64,000 nucleotides of DNA from Octopus bimaculoides (taxonomy: Eukaryota): contig NC_068990.1 in assembly GCF_001194135.2 (NCBI RefSeq), forward strand, positions 61,543,666-61,607,665, in the 5' to 3' direction. Shown here piece by piece: positions 1 through 12,149 of the stretch. The notes under the pieces were generated by a model, which was not told where the DNA came from, did not search any database, and was given only the letters and a program-made list of their open reading frames with translations. Positions within the stretch are counted from its first letter, which is position 1; each line of letters starts with the position of its first letter. Both the position numbers and the translations under genes were made by a program.

Positions 1-105
1 GACTACATCTGTGGAATGATGGTAAGTTGTGTCCTTGAACAAAGCATTTCATTTCACTTTGCTCCAGTCTTACCGGCTGAAATGAACAGCAGCAATAACT
101 GGCGG
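1..105 (+). mobile_element. SINE fragment (informal family C/G central domain)
   Basis: gtgtccttgaacaaagcatttcatttcactttgctccagtc resembles the central domain gtgactttgagcaagacactttatttcatattactccagtcc of the copy at 14980. Confidence 0.5.
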
Positions 106-1760
106 ATAAAAAGAAGTGCAAAATGACGTCCCGCTTAAAAGAGCGTATTATACTCTCAGTCGCTTCTACACATCAGAAACTTGGCCTTATTTCCAAAAAC
201 GCCAGCTTAATTTTATTCGTCCTTATCGAAAGACATCTGTTGGTTTGTCCTGTTGTTATTCCTACTGTATTTGTGTAACATTGTTCGTTTTTTTTTTCCG
301 TCCTTCTTTTTGTATACATTCGCTGCTTTCTTCCAAGGAATCTAATGCTCTTAGCTTAGNNNNNNNNNNNNNNNNNNNNNNNNNNNNNNNNNNNNNNNNN
401 NNNNNNNNNNNNNNNNNNNNNNNNNNNNNNNNNNNNNNNNNNNNNNNNNNNNNNNNNNNNNNNNNNNNNNNNNNNNNNNNNNNNNNNNNNNNNNNNNNNN
501 NNNNNNNNNNNNNNNNNNNNNNNNNNNNNNNNNNNNNNNNNNNNNNNNNNNNNNNNNNNNNNNNNNNNNNNNNNNNNNNNNNNNNNNNNNNNNNNNNNNN
601 NNNNNNNNNNNNNNNNNNNNNNNNNNNNNNNNNNNNNNNNNNNNNNNNNNNNNNNNNNNNNNNNNNNNNNNNNNNNNNNNNNNNNNNTGTGTGTGAATGT
701 GCGTGTGAAGTTAATTTAAATTCAATATTGTTGTTATGACACAATACTGGTAAATTTTGTTAAAAAAATATGCTATAAATTATCTTGGATTTCAAAAAGT
801 TTTCAGGCCACTACCGACCTTTCTTGCTTAAGAGAAATCGAATTTAAAGTTTATATTTTTAGATTTTCGGAGATGGCAAATTTATCGGTTAAATACAAAG
901 TGAGGTCACTCAGATAGCTAAAGACTAGTGTGAAGTTAATATAATCTTCATCTTGTTTTGATGTTTGTGGTGTCGTTTAGGCAACTTTGAGTACTCAATC
1001 ATCGCTCTAACATGTTGATTTGAACCATAACATAGTTTACAGGATGTACGATAGGATGACATACCCTTTGTGGCTCTTTACAATGCTCTCTCAGTGCAGG
1101 AAACCTGGTTGTTCGAACCAGAAACATATACTTCACTGTCGATAGATTTATACAGAATACTTTGTTGTACACAATTGTATAAAGGTAGAGATAATTTAAC
1201 ATTAAATAACGAGAAATTTGAAAACAAGAAAGGGTTAACATTAATCATACGTTTGTCAACTGAATATTGAAACAAAATGAATATGTTAATAAGATTTACA
1301 TTTGTTGCTACAAACATTTTTGAGGATATTTTCTTGGCATTTCTATGATAAAGTAAAATAGTTTCTTCATTAGCTGCTTGATTAGCGTCAGATATCAACG
1401 GAGTCATAATCACGCATCTACACATGTCTTTGGTTACAAGTGCGCATGTACCTGACACTGCGTATGAAAGTGTGTTTGTGTATGTTGTGTGTATATGCCG
1501 GTTTCCTTTGCACATTTTCTCTCTCCTCTCTCTCTTTCTCTCTCCTCTCTCTCTTTCTCTGTCTCTCTCTCACACACACACGTGCACGCACACACATCAT
1601 TTTGTCTACGTTTTATTTGCAACGTACCCAGATATGCATCTATATATACATGTAGATGTAGGTGTGTACATACATGTACGTATATATGCATATACTCATT
1701 TATTATTTGTATTATATATATATATATATATACTTAAATAGATAGATAAGATAGATAGAA

Positions 1761-1995
1761 AGGTGGCGAGCTGGCAGAAACGTTAGCACGCTGGCCGAAA
1801 TGCATAGCAATATTTCGTCTGCCACTACGTTCTGAGTTCAAATTCCACCGAGGTCGACTTTGCCTTCCATCCTTTTGGGGTCGATTAAATAAGTACCCGT
1901 TACGCACAGAGGTTGATATAATCGACTTAATTCGTTTGTCTGTCCCTGTTTGTCCCCTCTGTGTGTAGCCCCTAGTGGGCAGTAAAGAAATAAGA
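1761..1995 (+). mobile_element. tRNA-derived SINE, informal family B (Nin/Deu-like domain), tail type 1
   Basis: Head ggcgagctggcagaaacgttagc..gagttcaaattcc; domain gaggtcgactttgccttccatccttttggggtcgattaaataagtacc shared with about 10 copies in the window and similar to the Deu/Nin SINE core as recalled. Confidence 0.8.
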
Positions 1996-2385
1996 TAGAT
2001 AGTACATGCACACATTATTTTTATAAGGAAAAGTTCACATCATTTTTATATGGAAAAGTTTGACTCAGTAGATTTCGAAGTTTTGGCTTAGTTGCTTTCG
2101 TCAGGCACTTTGACTGAGATGTATAAGCCGAACGGTTGAAGTTACAGCTGATGTTTTTCACGTAAGAATAAAATAAATAGGATGCTCCACCTGAAGGTAT
2201 CGAGTGGGTGCTTCAATTAATGTGTGTTTTTATAGAGATAAAACATTACAAAAACAAGTATTAATACACGTATGCACACAGGTAGATCTTTCACGGATAT
2301 ATAAGGATGAACAGAAGTCATCGTACTGTGTTGGGTACATCAGGGTATGTTGATTTTTGTTTATTCTTTATGTGTCTCGACCATA

Positions 2386-2460
2386 CGTGCACTGATGAAT
2401 AAAAGATGCAGCTTACTACATAGTTTTTGCTGTATTAATTATGAAACCAGTGGTTTGCCG
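2386..2460 (+). ncRNA. Type I hammerhead ribozyme motif (Penelope-type, GUU site)
   Basis: CGTGCA-CTGATGA-ATAA..TTAT-GAAA-CCAGTGG-TT-TGCCG: core boxes intact; stem II ATAA/TTAT extended by ATGCAGC/GCTGTAT; near-palindromic stem III; stem I 5 bp with one bulge. Confidence 0.68.
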
Positions 2461-3073
2461 TTAAGTTAAATGTTTTTAGGAGGTTAACTTTGAAAGTTGC
2501 ATTCCCTCGCTTTCGGTAAATATGTACTTATTTTTGGTAGTTTTGACTTATTAAGTCCCTCTAAGCGTGAGGCATTACTATATAGTAATTGCCCTTATAT
2601 AAATTATATATATTTATGGAAAAAAACGATGGGTTTATTTTCCTTATGAGGTTTTTTTCACGCTGACTACTTGATAAATTCTTATAAAGATTTTATCCTA
2701 TATTATATATATATATATATATATATAGTTTATGTTTAAAATTAAAGTTTATATAAGAGAATTAAAAATGTAGTATCCAAACCTTGTTTTGAGTATGTCC
2801 TTAGTAGTGTGCTTTAAGAGCACGTTCACCACATGTGGCTACCAGGCGTCATTCGCGGTACTGTACTTTAGTCGCAAGATCTTCGTAAGGAATTCCTTGG
2901 TGCCTGTTTAATATATTTTAAATAAATGAAAGAGAAGTCAGAATGTACCAACACCATCCTGCCACACACAGTAGCGAGATGTACTTATTATAACACTGTA
3001 ACGTGGTAACGTTTCTTCTGTACTGTAGAGTGCATTCGATTATATATATATAGCGTTCCCATCCACTAGGGAG

Positions 3074-3108
3074 CAGTACAGATATAAGCCGAAACGATCG
3101 TCGTGCTG
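3074..3108 (+). ncRNA. Decayed hammerhead ribozyme motif
   Basis: CAGTAC..GAAA-CGATCG-TC-GTGCTG: palindromic stem III, GUC site and 6-bp stem I intact, but CUGANGA box and stem II eroded (agatataagcc). Confidence 0.45.
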
Positions 3109-3156
3109 AATACAGCTTACAGTACACACTGTCTTCCATTTCATTTATTATATATA

Positions 3157-3187
<31 letters not shown>

Positions 3188-4040
3188 AGATATANNNNNN
3201 NNNNNNNNNNNNNNNNNNNNNNNNNNNNNNNNNNNNNNNNNNNNNNNNNNNNNNNNNNNNNNNNNNNNNNNNNNNNNNNNNNNNNNNNNNTATATATTAC
3301 TCTGATTTAATCTAAACCATTGCAGAACCTCATTTGTTAACACGAAAGTTTGTAGACAAATTAAAATGTATGTTTAAAAGATAGTTTGTTTCCAAATCTC
3401 AGCCAAGACCGAAAGTCTACATCCAAAGTGCTCCTTTAGAACAAAATAAATCAACAAAAAATATATGCATATAATGAAGATAATGTAACGACAGTACATT
3501 AAGATAACTAACAAAATTAGATATTAAATAAACAAAATAAAAATCAATAAAAAAAACATCCGTTACTCATTTCAAAGATCTCGCTAACACAATGATATAG
3601 AAGTGAACGTATGTTAAAATAAAATATTAAAGGTGATATTACATAATAAATATATAAATTAGCTGGAAAATGAAAGATCATTAATTAAATTTGTTAGAGA
3701 AGCAAAAAAAAAAAGAAGAAAGTTTAATTTAAAGAATAAAAAGTTATAAATTAACAATTGAAACATCATACTGCTTTTCACCCGAGTTTAACAGACAGTC
3801 TATTCAGCCAAATGAAAGAGAATAGTTGTAGGAAGGTGGACAATATGGATGAGGAATAATATCAGCTCTTCTATGTTTTATGAAGAGAACTCCTTAGAAG
3901 TAGGTTCTTAGGTTATTGTTTTACAGAAAGTATCCAAGGGATACCACAGCCTATTATTCTGGACAGTAGAAAAGTATTGCAACATTTAATCAGAAAAATA
4001 GTTCAGACTTGACTGGACTTCCTCTAACAATGGTATGTTC

Positions 4041-4281
4041 TCACACCGGAGACGAAATATATCTTTCTCCAATTGGTCTAATATGGTTATTTTTAAAAAT
4101 TTGTTTCTCTTCTTCAGAGTTCAGTCGTTGCACGATCGAATAATCCCCTTCCGAGCCATTCAAATCCTTTTCATTCTCCTCCGGGTCCTTGAAAGTACCC
4201 AAAGATATAATTTCTTCAACTGTACTCTGTTTCAAATATTTCAGCGCCTCTCGAAGAGACGGCAGCATTCCACAATGCTCT
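4041..4281 (-). CDS. Candidate terminal coding exon of an unidentified minus-strand gene (EHCGMLPSLREAL...ERYISSPV*)
   Basis: Branch-point-like CTCTAAC plus CTCTTTTCAG acceptor at 4282-4284; phase-2 entry, 79 open codons then TGA at 4041-4043; more GC-rich than flanks; T-rich UTR-like sequence follows. Family not recognised. Confidence 0.5.
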
Positions 4282-4749
4282 CTGAAAAGAGTTCAAGCAG
4301 TTAGAGTTCCATGATTTTTTTTAGTAAAAACCCAACGTCTGCGATGGTGAAGCTTTTCTTTTTAATATTATGTCACTGAGGAAAATTGCTTTTAATCAAG
4401 TCCTCAAAAGATGCTTTGTGTGCTTTACATTTTTTTTTTTAATTTGCAGCCATCTGTTGAGTCATGAGCTGTAGTATGAGGAGGTATGAAATGACATTTG
4501 ATAAAATCAAACTCTTACATCATCAGGCCCATCGCCAGACTTTGGTGCCCGGAGGTACTTCAGAATATTCTTGGTAGGCACGAATTTGTATTATAGGAAG
4601 ACTTTTGTAGACGGAATTTTCTAAATCTGAGGGTACACCATTGAAATAATGAGGAGGGCACTGCCGTTCAGTCAATTCCCTTAGCGATGGGCATGGTTTA
4701 AGAAAAATAGTCAGTCAGACATCAAGAAATGTACTGCGGGAAGATTTTT

Positions 4750-5080
4750 GGGCAGGTGTCTTCTGCTATAGCTTCGGGTAGACCAAAGCCTTGTGAGTGG
4801 ATTTGGTAAACGAAAACCGAAAGAAGCCCGTCGTATGTATGTGTGTGTGTGTTTGTATGTGTGTATATCTGTGTGTGTGTGTGTTTGTGCTTGTGTCTGT
4901 CCCCACCACCATCGCTTGAAATCGGTGTTGGTGTGTTTACGTCCCCGTAACTTAGCGGTTCGGCAAAAAAAACCAACGATAGAATAAATACTAGGCTTAT
5001 AAAGAAGTATTTTGTTCGACTAAAAAGGCTTAAGGTGGTGCTCCAGCTTGGCCAGAGTCAAATGACTGAAACGAGTAAAA
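4750..5080 (+). mobile_element. tRNA-derived CORE-like SINE, informal family A (5' truncated)
   Basis: gggcaggtgtcttctgctatagc..ccaaagccttgtgagtggatttggt, internal (TG)n, tail gactgaaacgagtaaaa; CpGs retained. Confidence 0.8.
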
Positions 5081-5277
5081 AAAAAAAATAGTAGACTAAA
5101 AGAATAGGTTTTACTCTCTCGGCATACTGAAATTTTTTTCGTATAAAACGATGAATCAACAGCAATTTTTACAATGAACATTACATTTCTATTCACAAAC
5201 GCCCCACGGGTTCTGATTCAAATAAAATAAATCAGAACGAGGTTACTGATTCGTTGACTCAGCTACATGTTTGTTTT

Positions 5278-5610
5278 GTCCAGGTTCAGTCCCACTGCAT
5301 GGTACCTCGGGCAAGTGTCTTCTTCTATAGCCTCGGGCCGACCAAAGTCATGTTAGTGGATTTGGTTGACGGAAACTGAAAGAAGCATGTTGTGTGTGTT
5401 TCCTTTTTGTCTGTTTTTTTTCCGCACTACCCTTTGAGAACTGGTACTGGTGTGTTTACGTCCATTTAACTTAGCGGTTCGGTATTAAATTTCGATAGAA
5501 TAAGTACCAGAGTCAAGAAAAATGGGTTCGATTCATTTGGCTAATAATTCTTCAAGGCGGTGCCCCAGCATGGTCGCTGCCTAATGACTGAAACAAGTAA
5601 AAGATAAAAG
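5278..5610 (+). mobile_element. Family A SINE
   Basis: B-box ggttcagtccc, core cctcgggcaagtgtcttc, tail gactgaaacaagtaaaagataaaaga. Confidence 0.8.
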
Positions 5611-5989
5611 ATCCAGTAAACTCCATATAAAATGCATACTTGCATTTATAAATACATATACATATACACACATGCACGCCCACACACATATTGTATGAGA
5701 CATCTGCAAGCGGGGCTTAGGGCTTTAAAAAGAAGAAATACGCCACAGGAAGCGAATCATCTATAACTAGCAAGGAATTATGTTACTAATTGCACCAAGT
5801 GTATCTATTCAAATAACAATGACGTTTGGTTTTTCTTTTTTTCTTTTTTTACTGGATAAGCTTTGCAATTTGCTATCGCATGAGAATCGCAAACAATGTA
5901 AAAGCTACTTGCGCACCAGCAAATATGCTACCCCAATTAAGAATTTTGGTCTTTTATTCGACTGTATTAGACGCTAATAGGGGAAGCCT

Positions 5990-6345
5990 ATCTATATGCA
6001 TATATGTATGCGTGTACATTTATATATGTATATCCACACACAGAAATACACAAATACACATACATACATATGCACATTCATGCATGTATATGTGTATACA
6101 TGTATATGTGAATACATGTATATATGTGTATACATGTATATGTATATACGTGTATATGTATATACGTATATGTATATACGTACATGTATATATGTGTATA
6201 TATACGTGTATGCATACCTACATCATAAATACATACATACACGCACATATACATACATACATACATACACACACACATGCATAGATACATACATACATAC
6301 ATACATGCATACATACATACATACATACATACATACATACATACT
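5990..6345. repeat. Degenerate (TA)n/(TACA)n microsatellite
   Basis: Directly visible; explains the YI/HT-rich ORFs. Confidence 0.95.
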
Positions 6346-6914
6346 CAGTCCTGGGAAAACAGAAAATGAGTCAATCATGTTTTTGTACATTTGACACATT
6401 AAGTTGAAATATGCATTGCAATTTAAACAGGTTATTTGTTCTAAACATTTGGACCACTTCTTTCATATTCTCTTAATAGTATTTTAAGGAGAAAAACGTT
6501 GCATGCAGAATTTTATGTAGAAAAATGAAACTTTGAAACTTTTCAGATTTTCATCTTTCATCCTTAAGGGCCAATATATCAGGTAAGATGAAAGAGATTG
6601 AAATTGTAAATATGGAAAATTTCTAAATGAGTTGTTTTACGCTGTGCTTTATGATGGAAAAAAAATTTGATAAATGTATTTAAAAATGTCAAGAAGCATA
6701 TACATTTGCGTTTCTTATAAATAGAAGTGTACAAGAAATTTCTTTTAATGTTTAAATGAAAAGTTGTGTGCAAACGATTCCAATTTCAGTCTGGATTGAT
6801 AGATGAAGTCATGTATATTTTTGTTAAATATGTCTCTAAAGGCAAAAGAAATTCATGCTGAGCTGAATGTTATTTAATGTTATATAAATTCAAATTTCTA
6901 TTCTTCTTGAAGCA

Positions 6915-7170
6915 GGCATAACAACCCCCCCCCCTTCGGTCATGAATGACTATCAGATTGCACCTAGAATGTTACCCTCCGAGACACAAGACTGGGCAAG
7001 GTTGTTTATGGAAGACCAGTAGTCACCCGTGCATAGCAGCCTCCCTTCTCGCCACCGCTTATATCCAAGAGAAAAGCTAAGGATGGTGTAGCTTGGCACC
7101 AGTGACGTTGCAACTAATTTCTACAGCTGAGTGAACTGGAGCAACATGAAATAAAGTGCTGTAGTAGACT
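6915..7170 (-). mobile_element. SINE sharing the family C central domain but with a different 3' tail
   Basis: Reverse complement reads gcactttatttcatgttgctccagttcactcagctg followed by a tail unlike the 14980 copy. Confidence 0.55.
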
Positions 7171-7254
7171 AGCGAGGTTAGATGAATTACGTCCCTTCGC
7201 GGGTAAACGCCATCAGGTATCGTCGCAGCTGGTGCATTTTAGAAAATGAAGTAA

Positions 7255-7445
7255 GGAGTCGATATCCTCCACCATCATGACTACAAGAACTGGAGACAGT
7301 TTTAGCTGAAGAATGGACAAATATTCCTTTGGAAACAATTCAAACTTTGTATGAGTCCATATCTCGTAGAGTTCAAGCTGTAATTACTGACAAAAAAATT
7401 GTTTGAAATTTTAAGGTGTTTCCATTATTTTGTCCAACCCCTTTA
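7255..7445 (+). mobile_element. Tc1-like transposase C-terminal fragment with 3' TIR remnant
   Basis: RYPPPS*LQELETVLAEEWTNIPLETIQTLYESISRRVQAVI is typical of Tc1 C-termini; followed by TIR-like ggtgtttccattattttgtccaacccct. Confidence 0.7.
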
Positions 7446-7500
7446 TATACTCTTTCACATATACATCATCATGTGCGTGTGTGTGTGTGTGTGCGCGTGC

Positions 7501-7539
<39 letters not shown>

Positions 7540-8624
7540 CGTGCATGCCTGCGTTTATAATGGAGAGTAAGAGAGAAATTACCAGAAACTGTAATTTTCC
7601 AAGTAATTACTATGAGTTACCCGTTACAAATCGTCGGACGATTGTTCGAAATGGAACTTAAAATTTATTATTTTGAATCTATACTGCAAGTTTTAAACAG
7701 ATAGTGAGTGTTGACTGGCGAATAGAATATAACGGAAACGCTAACAGAACATAACGGATAAGATAGAATTTGGAAGATAAATATACTTTTTCTCTCAACC
7801 TAATATTGTAAAAGTGACTACTAAAAATATGAAGCAAAATTAAATAAAGTGAAAATGTAATTATAAAAAAATATACATACCGATATGTGCTTGTGTTTTT
7901 GTGTGTGTGTGTGATTGTACAAAGAGGACTATTATGCAAAATGTAAGAAATAAAATTTTCAAAAACAAGTATCTTAAAATAGCATGTTTTCATTATCTAT
8001 TAATTTTCTCGATTGGTAATATAAAATTTTGGCACAAAATTTTCACGGGTTGTCAACACTTATAGACAAGTTACGATCTTGTATTCAGTCTATTCTAGTC
8101 TCAGAACAAAATAACTACTTTTCATTGAGGGAAAGTGAACAAGGCAACTTAGAACAAAAATTCTCAAGGTTGTAAGATGACGCAAAACCCGGAATGGGCA
8201 AGTAAATGCTAATACTTTCCATGGATAAAATACACTTAGAAACAATTGTATCGTTGCTTCTTTAGTGTTTTCTATAAGTATGAGTGTGTTAGCAACACCT
8301 TACCTTAAAGGTATTTTTAGTAAACTTGATATAAGATATAAACCAGTATACTCATAAAGAAAGAGACTTGATACAACTTAATCCAAGACTGTAAATATAT
8401 CTCAGAGGTTTTTTCTAAATCTATCTAAATAATGACTACAAATATTACGATGTATAAAAGAGCTTGCAAGGTAGCAATTTTATTTTAGAAGCATGGAATT
8501 TGAAATGCAATGGTTTAACACAATTCGTGCTCATCGTGACTATCCACGGCGTCTTCAAGCAACTCATCACTATTTTTATTAATTTATGATTAGTTACCGA
8601 AGAACAGAAGAAATTTCTTTGCAA

Positions 8625-9056
8625 GCGTAGCTGTATGGTAAGAAGCTTGCTTCCTAAAAGCACGGTTCTGCGTTCAGACCCACTGCATGGCACCTTGGAA
8701 AGTATCTTCTTCTATAGCCTCAGGCCGATCAAGGTCTTGTGAGTGGATTGATAGACGGAAATTAAAAGAAGCCCGTCGTGTAATTATATATGTGTGTGCA
8801 TATATGTGTATTATGTATGTTTATGTGTATGTGTGTGTGTGCGTAAGTGTCCTTGTATCTGTGTTAGTCCCCCACCATTGCTTGACAATAAGGGTTGGTG
8901 TGTTTACGTCCCCGTAAACTAGCGGTTCGGCAAAAGAGACCGACAGAACAAGTCCCGGGTTTTTTAAAAATTAAGTAGTGGGGTCGATTCATTCGATTAA
9001 AAATTCTTCAAGGCGATGCCCCATCATGGCCGCAATCAAATGACTGAAACAAGTTA
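8625..9056 (+). mobile_element. Family A SINE, full length
   Basis: A-box-like tagctgtatgg, B-box cgttcagaccc, core ccttggaaagtatcttc, internal (TA/TG)n, tail; CpGs retained. Confidence 0.85.
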
Positions 9057-9289
9057 TCCCTTCCTGAGAAAAAATTCTAGAATAAAAGCCTGACGAAATG
9101 GCTTAGTTACGAACTATTTTTATCCTTTGTCTTTTACTCGTTTCACCCATTGGGATGTGACCATGTTGGGGTACCACCTTGAAGAGTTTAGTTGTTCAAT
9201 TCGATCCCAGTTCTGAAGACGTGAACAAACCAACACCAGTTGTCAAATGATGGTGGTGTGCTTTCTTTTATGATCTGGTTAAATTCTTG

Positions 9290-11300
9290 GGGTGTTTATA
9301 TATGCATGTGGTATGTGTAGGGATACAATATGTGTGGGAGGGGTGGAGAATGGTCTATACGGTGGCTGTCTGCCGAGTTAGGGCGTGTGTGTTTGTGTAT
9401 GTCCTGGTCAAACTCTTTGCCGGAGTCCTAGGTATTGGTGGGGGAAGGGCCGAAGCTGGGGGACTGGTGATTACAGTCACGATGGTGCACACAGGTATGA
9501 TAGGGTGTACTTCTTTTCATATGGGCAAGGATTAAAAATTTCATTTCTGCTGTTCAGATAGATACTTAGGTGCTGGGAGGTCTTTAATATCGTTCTTTTC
9601 TCAACCAATCTACACTTTCTGCTGCTATTGAAGTACGCTTTACATTTCTCTAGAATCCTCGACTTTATTCTGTACTTGGTGGCACTTTCTTTCTACGACC
9701 ATACATGCTTGGTCGAGGTTGTGAACTTACGTCTCTCTGGGATGTTGAAGGAGGACATGTGGTTGTTATAGGAGGTTCTGAAGGGACCTTCAGTTTCCCC
9801 CACGTACTTTCGCCCGTTTGGTTGCCCATTTAGTCCTATTGTTGTTAACTCTGCCTCGAATACGACGATTTCCACGTTACAGTGGCCTTTCAGTGGACAT
9901 GTTGTGTTAACCCTGCACGAGCATTCTGCCTCTGTCTCAGGTGTGGGCCTACCTACTAAAATCTATTTCCCACTGGATGCACACCTAAAGGAAACTCTCA
10001 GAGTGGGCTTATTAATTATTTTACTGAATCTATTTGTATGAGGAAAGTGTTTGTCTACTAAGCTAAGTAAAATCTTAGCTACTCGAGTTTTAACACTTAA
10101 AGAGAAGAGCGGTGTGAACCACAACACTTTCTGGTGGCGTTTTCTCATGGAGGGGTTTGGGTCTGGCATATAACTAATTCGTTTCTTGAAACCGCTTGTG
10201 GCCAGAGACTCATTATAGCATGGGGTGGGCAGCACCAAAAATCCCTTTGTTTGAAGAAAAGTTGGAGATTCTTTGTACTGACGCCCTTTACCAGGTTCTT
10301 GAAAACTGTGACTGGATGACAGGGACCTGTGTTGATATATGATAGCTTCTCATTTGGCTTCTTAAAAGGCATGTTGGGACCAGATTCGAAGTCTAGGGTC
10401 ATATCAAGGAAATCCACCGTTTTCAGGTTGGTTTTTACCATGGCCTTCCATCCAAGGGAATTCATAGTGCTGATGAGGTCCTTTCTAAGCTTGTCAAGTG
10501 TGTGGCTATTGCCAACTCTTGATATTGCCTGCATGTCTTCCCTGTAGAGGCCAAAACTAGTGGAAGGGAACTTCTTTTTGAGTAAATCTAGGATGAAGAT
10601 TTACTCAAAATGAAATGGTGGCCACAGTCGAAGCGGACAAGGCGGACTAGGCCAGAATGAACAGAGAAATGTTAGCAGTTTTGTCATTAGGACTGGTTAG
10701 AAACATTGGAGGTGTGTAATGTCAGTCGTAATTTGGAGTAATTTAAATTATTACTATTAAGTATGAGAGATAATATTATCTTAGTATGAGGAACAGTTTT
10801 AAATAGTAGGAGGATAGATATCAGTTGTCTTGATATTAAGACTGGTTAAAGACATTGGAACAAGAGATGTGAGTCATATTTAGAAACATTAAGAGCTAGG
10901 TAATTAAGACTAATTAAGACCAAGAGATATGAGAAATGACAGTAATCTTAGAACTAGGTAAAGATATTAAGAATCAGAGATGCCAATTGGCTTAGTATTA
11001 GAGTGAATGACAGCAATAGTCTTGGGCAGTTTTGTTCACTCTGATAAAGACTTCACTTAATTTGGCAGTTGCTGCAAGGTTTGTTTTCTGTAGTTGATCT
11101 CATTCTTTGGCATACAAAAGCTGGTATAAATTTTATGAGCCAACAAGGGAGTTCTTCATGTTGTTTTTTGTCCTACTAGAAAAACCAATCAAATCTGCCT
11201 CAAATCAAACCCTTGCTACTTTATTAAGGTTACCTCCATTAGAGTTTACACATGCAGTAGACAGGAACATACTGTTATATCAATATAATACTAATTAGAA
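9290..11300 (-). mobile_element. Penelope-like retroelement (RT C-terminus, linker, GIY-YIG endonuclease), decayed
   Basis: Minus-strand peptides FGLYRED (RT motif C, YRDD-type), VDFLDMTLD..PFKKPNEKLSYIN..HP, RKRHQKVLWFTP.FS..VKT, KYVGETEGPFRTSYNNH (GIY-YIG), LNSRNEIFNPC; stops and frameshifts. Coding evidence covers 9500-10610; outer bounds are inferred. Confidence 0.88.
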
Positions 11301-12149
11301 TATAATGATAATAAGAAGAATCTAATTAATCATAATAATAGCATATGTAAGGGACGACCGTGCGAACTCATAAAAGGAGAAATGGTGACGAATGGAAAAA
11401 CAAAGGACTCCTTTTATTTAAACGTGTCACACGGTCGAACACAAAAATATATATCAATTTATGATATAGATGATATGTTATGCGACGATAACATAGATGA
11501 CCAGTAATGAAAGACCACAACCGTATTAGATGAATAACAGAGATATTTATTATGGCGTTAAAGATGTATGTCTGTGTGTGAGTGTGAATGCGACATATAA
11601 GAACATAATCAAAGACAGGCCGTCATACAATGAAAAGTGTGTATGTGAGTGATACATGTGTGTATGAGAAATATTACAGCAGAGAAAAAGAGAGTCAATA
11701 ACACGTGAANNNNNNNNNNNNNNNNNNNNNNNNNNNNNNNNNNNNNNNNNNNNNNNNNNNNNNNNNNNNNNNNNNNNNNNNNNNNNNNNNNNNNNNNNNN
11801 NNNNNNNNNNNNNNNNNNNNNNNNNNNNNNNNNNNNNNNNNNNNNNNNNNNNNNNNNNNNNNNNNNNNNNNNNNNNNNNNNNNNNNNNNNNNNNNNNNNN
11901 NNNNNNNNNNNNNNNNNNNNNNNNNNNNNNNNNNNNNNNNNNNNNNNNNNNNNNNNNNNNNNNNNNNNNNNNNNNNNNNNNNNNNNNNNNNNNNNNNNNN
12001 NNNNNNNNNNNNNNNNNNNNNNNNNNNNNNNNNNNNNNNNNNNNNNNNNNNNNNNNNNNNNNNNNNNNNNNNNNNNNNNNNNNNNNNNNNNNNNNNNNNN
12101 NNNNNNNNNNNNNNNNNNNNNNNNNGCTGCTGTCGTGTGGTACACGGAA

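Noticed and set aside
1092-1138. Hammerhead-like geometry (CAGTG..TGGTT/AACCA-GAAA..CACTG)
   Set aside because: The core CAGGAAA differs from CUGANGA at three positions and stem III is not palindromic.
2060-2115. Minus-strand CTGACGA-AAG..CTT-C-GAAA
   Set aside because: Both boxes are present but no stem I or III can form in register; at best a partial remnant.
5830-5950. Minus-strand hydrophobic peptide KTKILNWGSIFAGAQVAFTLFAILMR* as an internal exon
   Set aside because: No polypyrimidine acceptor or credible donor.
7620-7993. 104-aa minus ORF and a possible 36-nt exon near 7625-7660
   Set aside because: The ORF spans a microsatellite and AT-rich DNA; splice assignment is ambiguous and there is no recognisable domain.
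8625-8700. tRNA genes
   Set aside because: A/B boxes belong to SINE heads; no complete cloverleaf.
9088-9115. CTGACGA..CGAAC near a SINE end
   Set aside because: No GAAA box and no stems.
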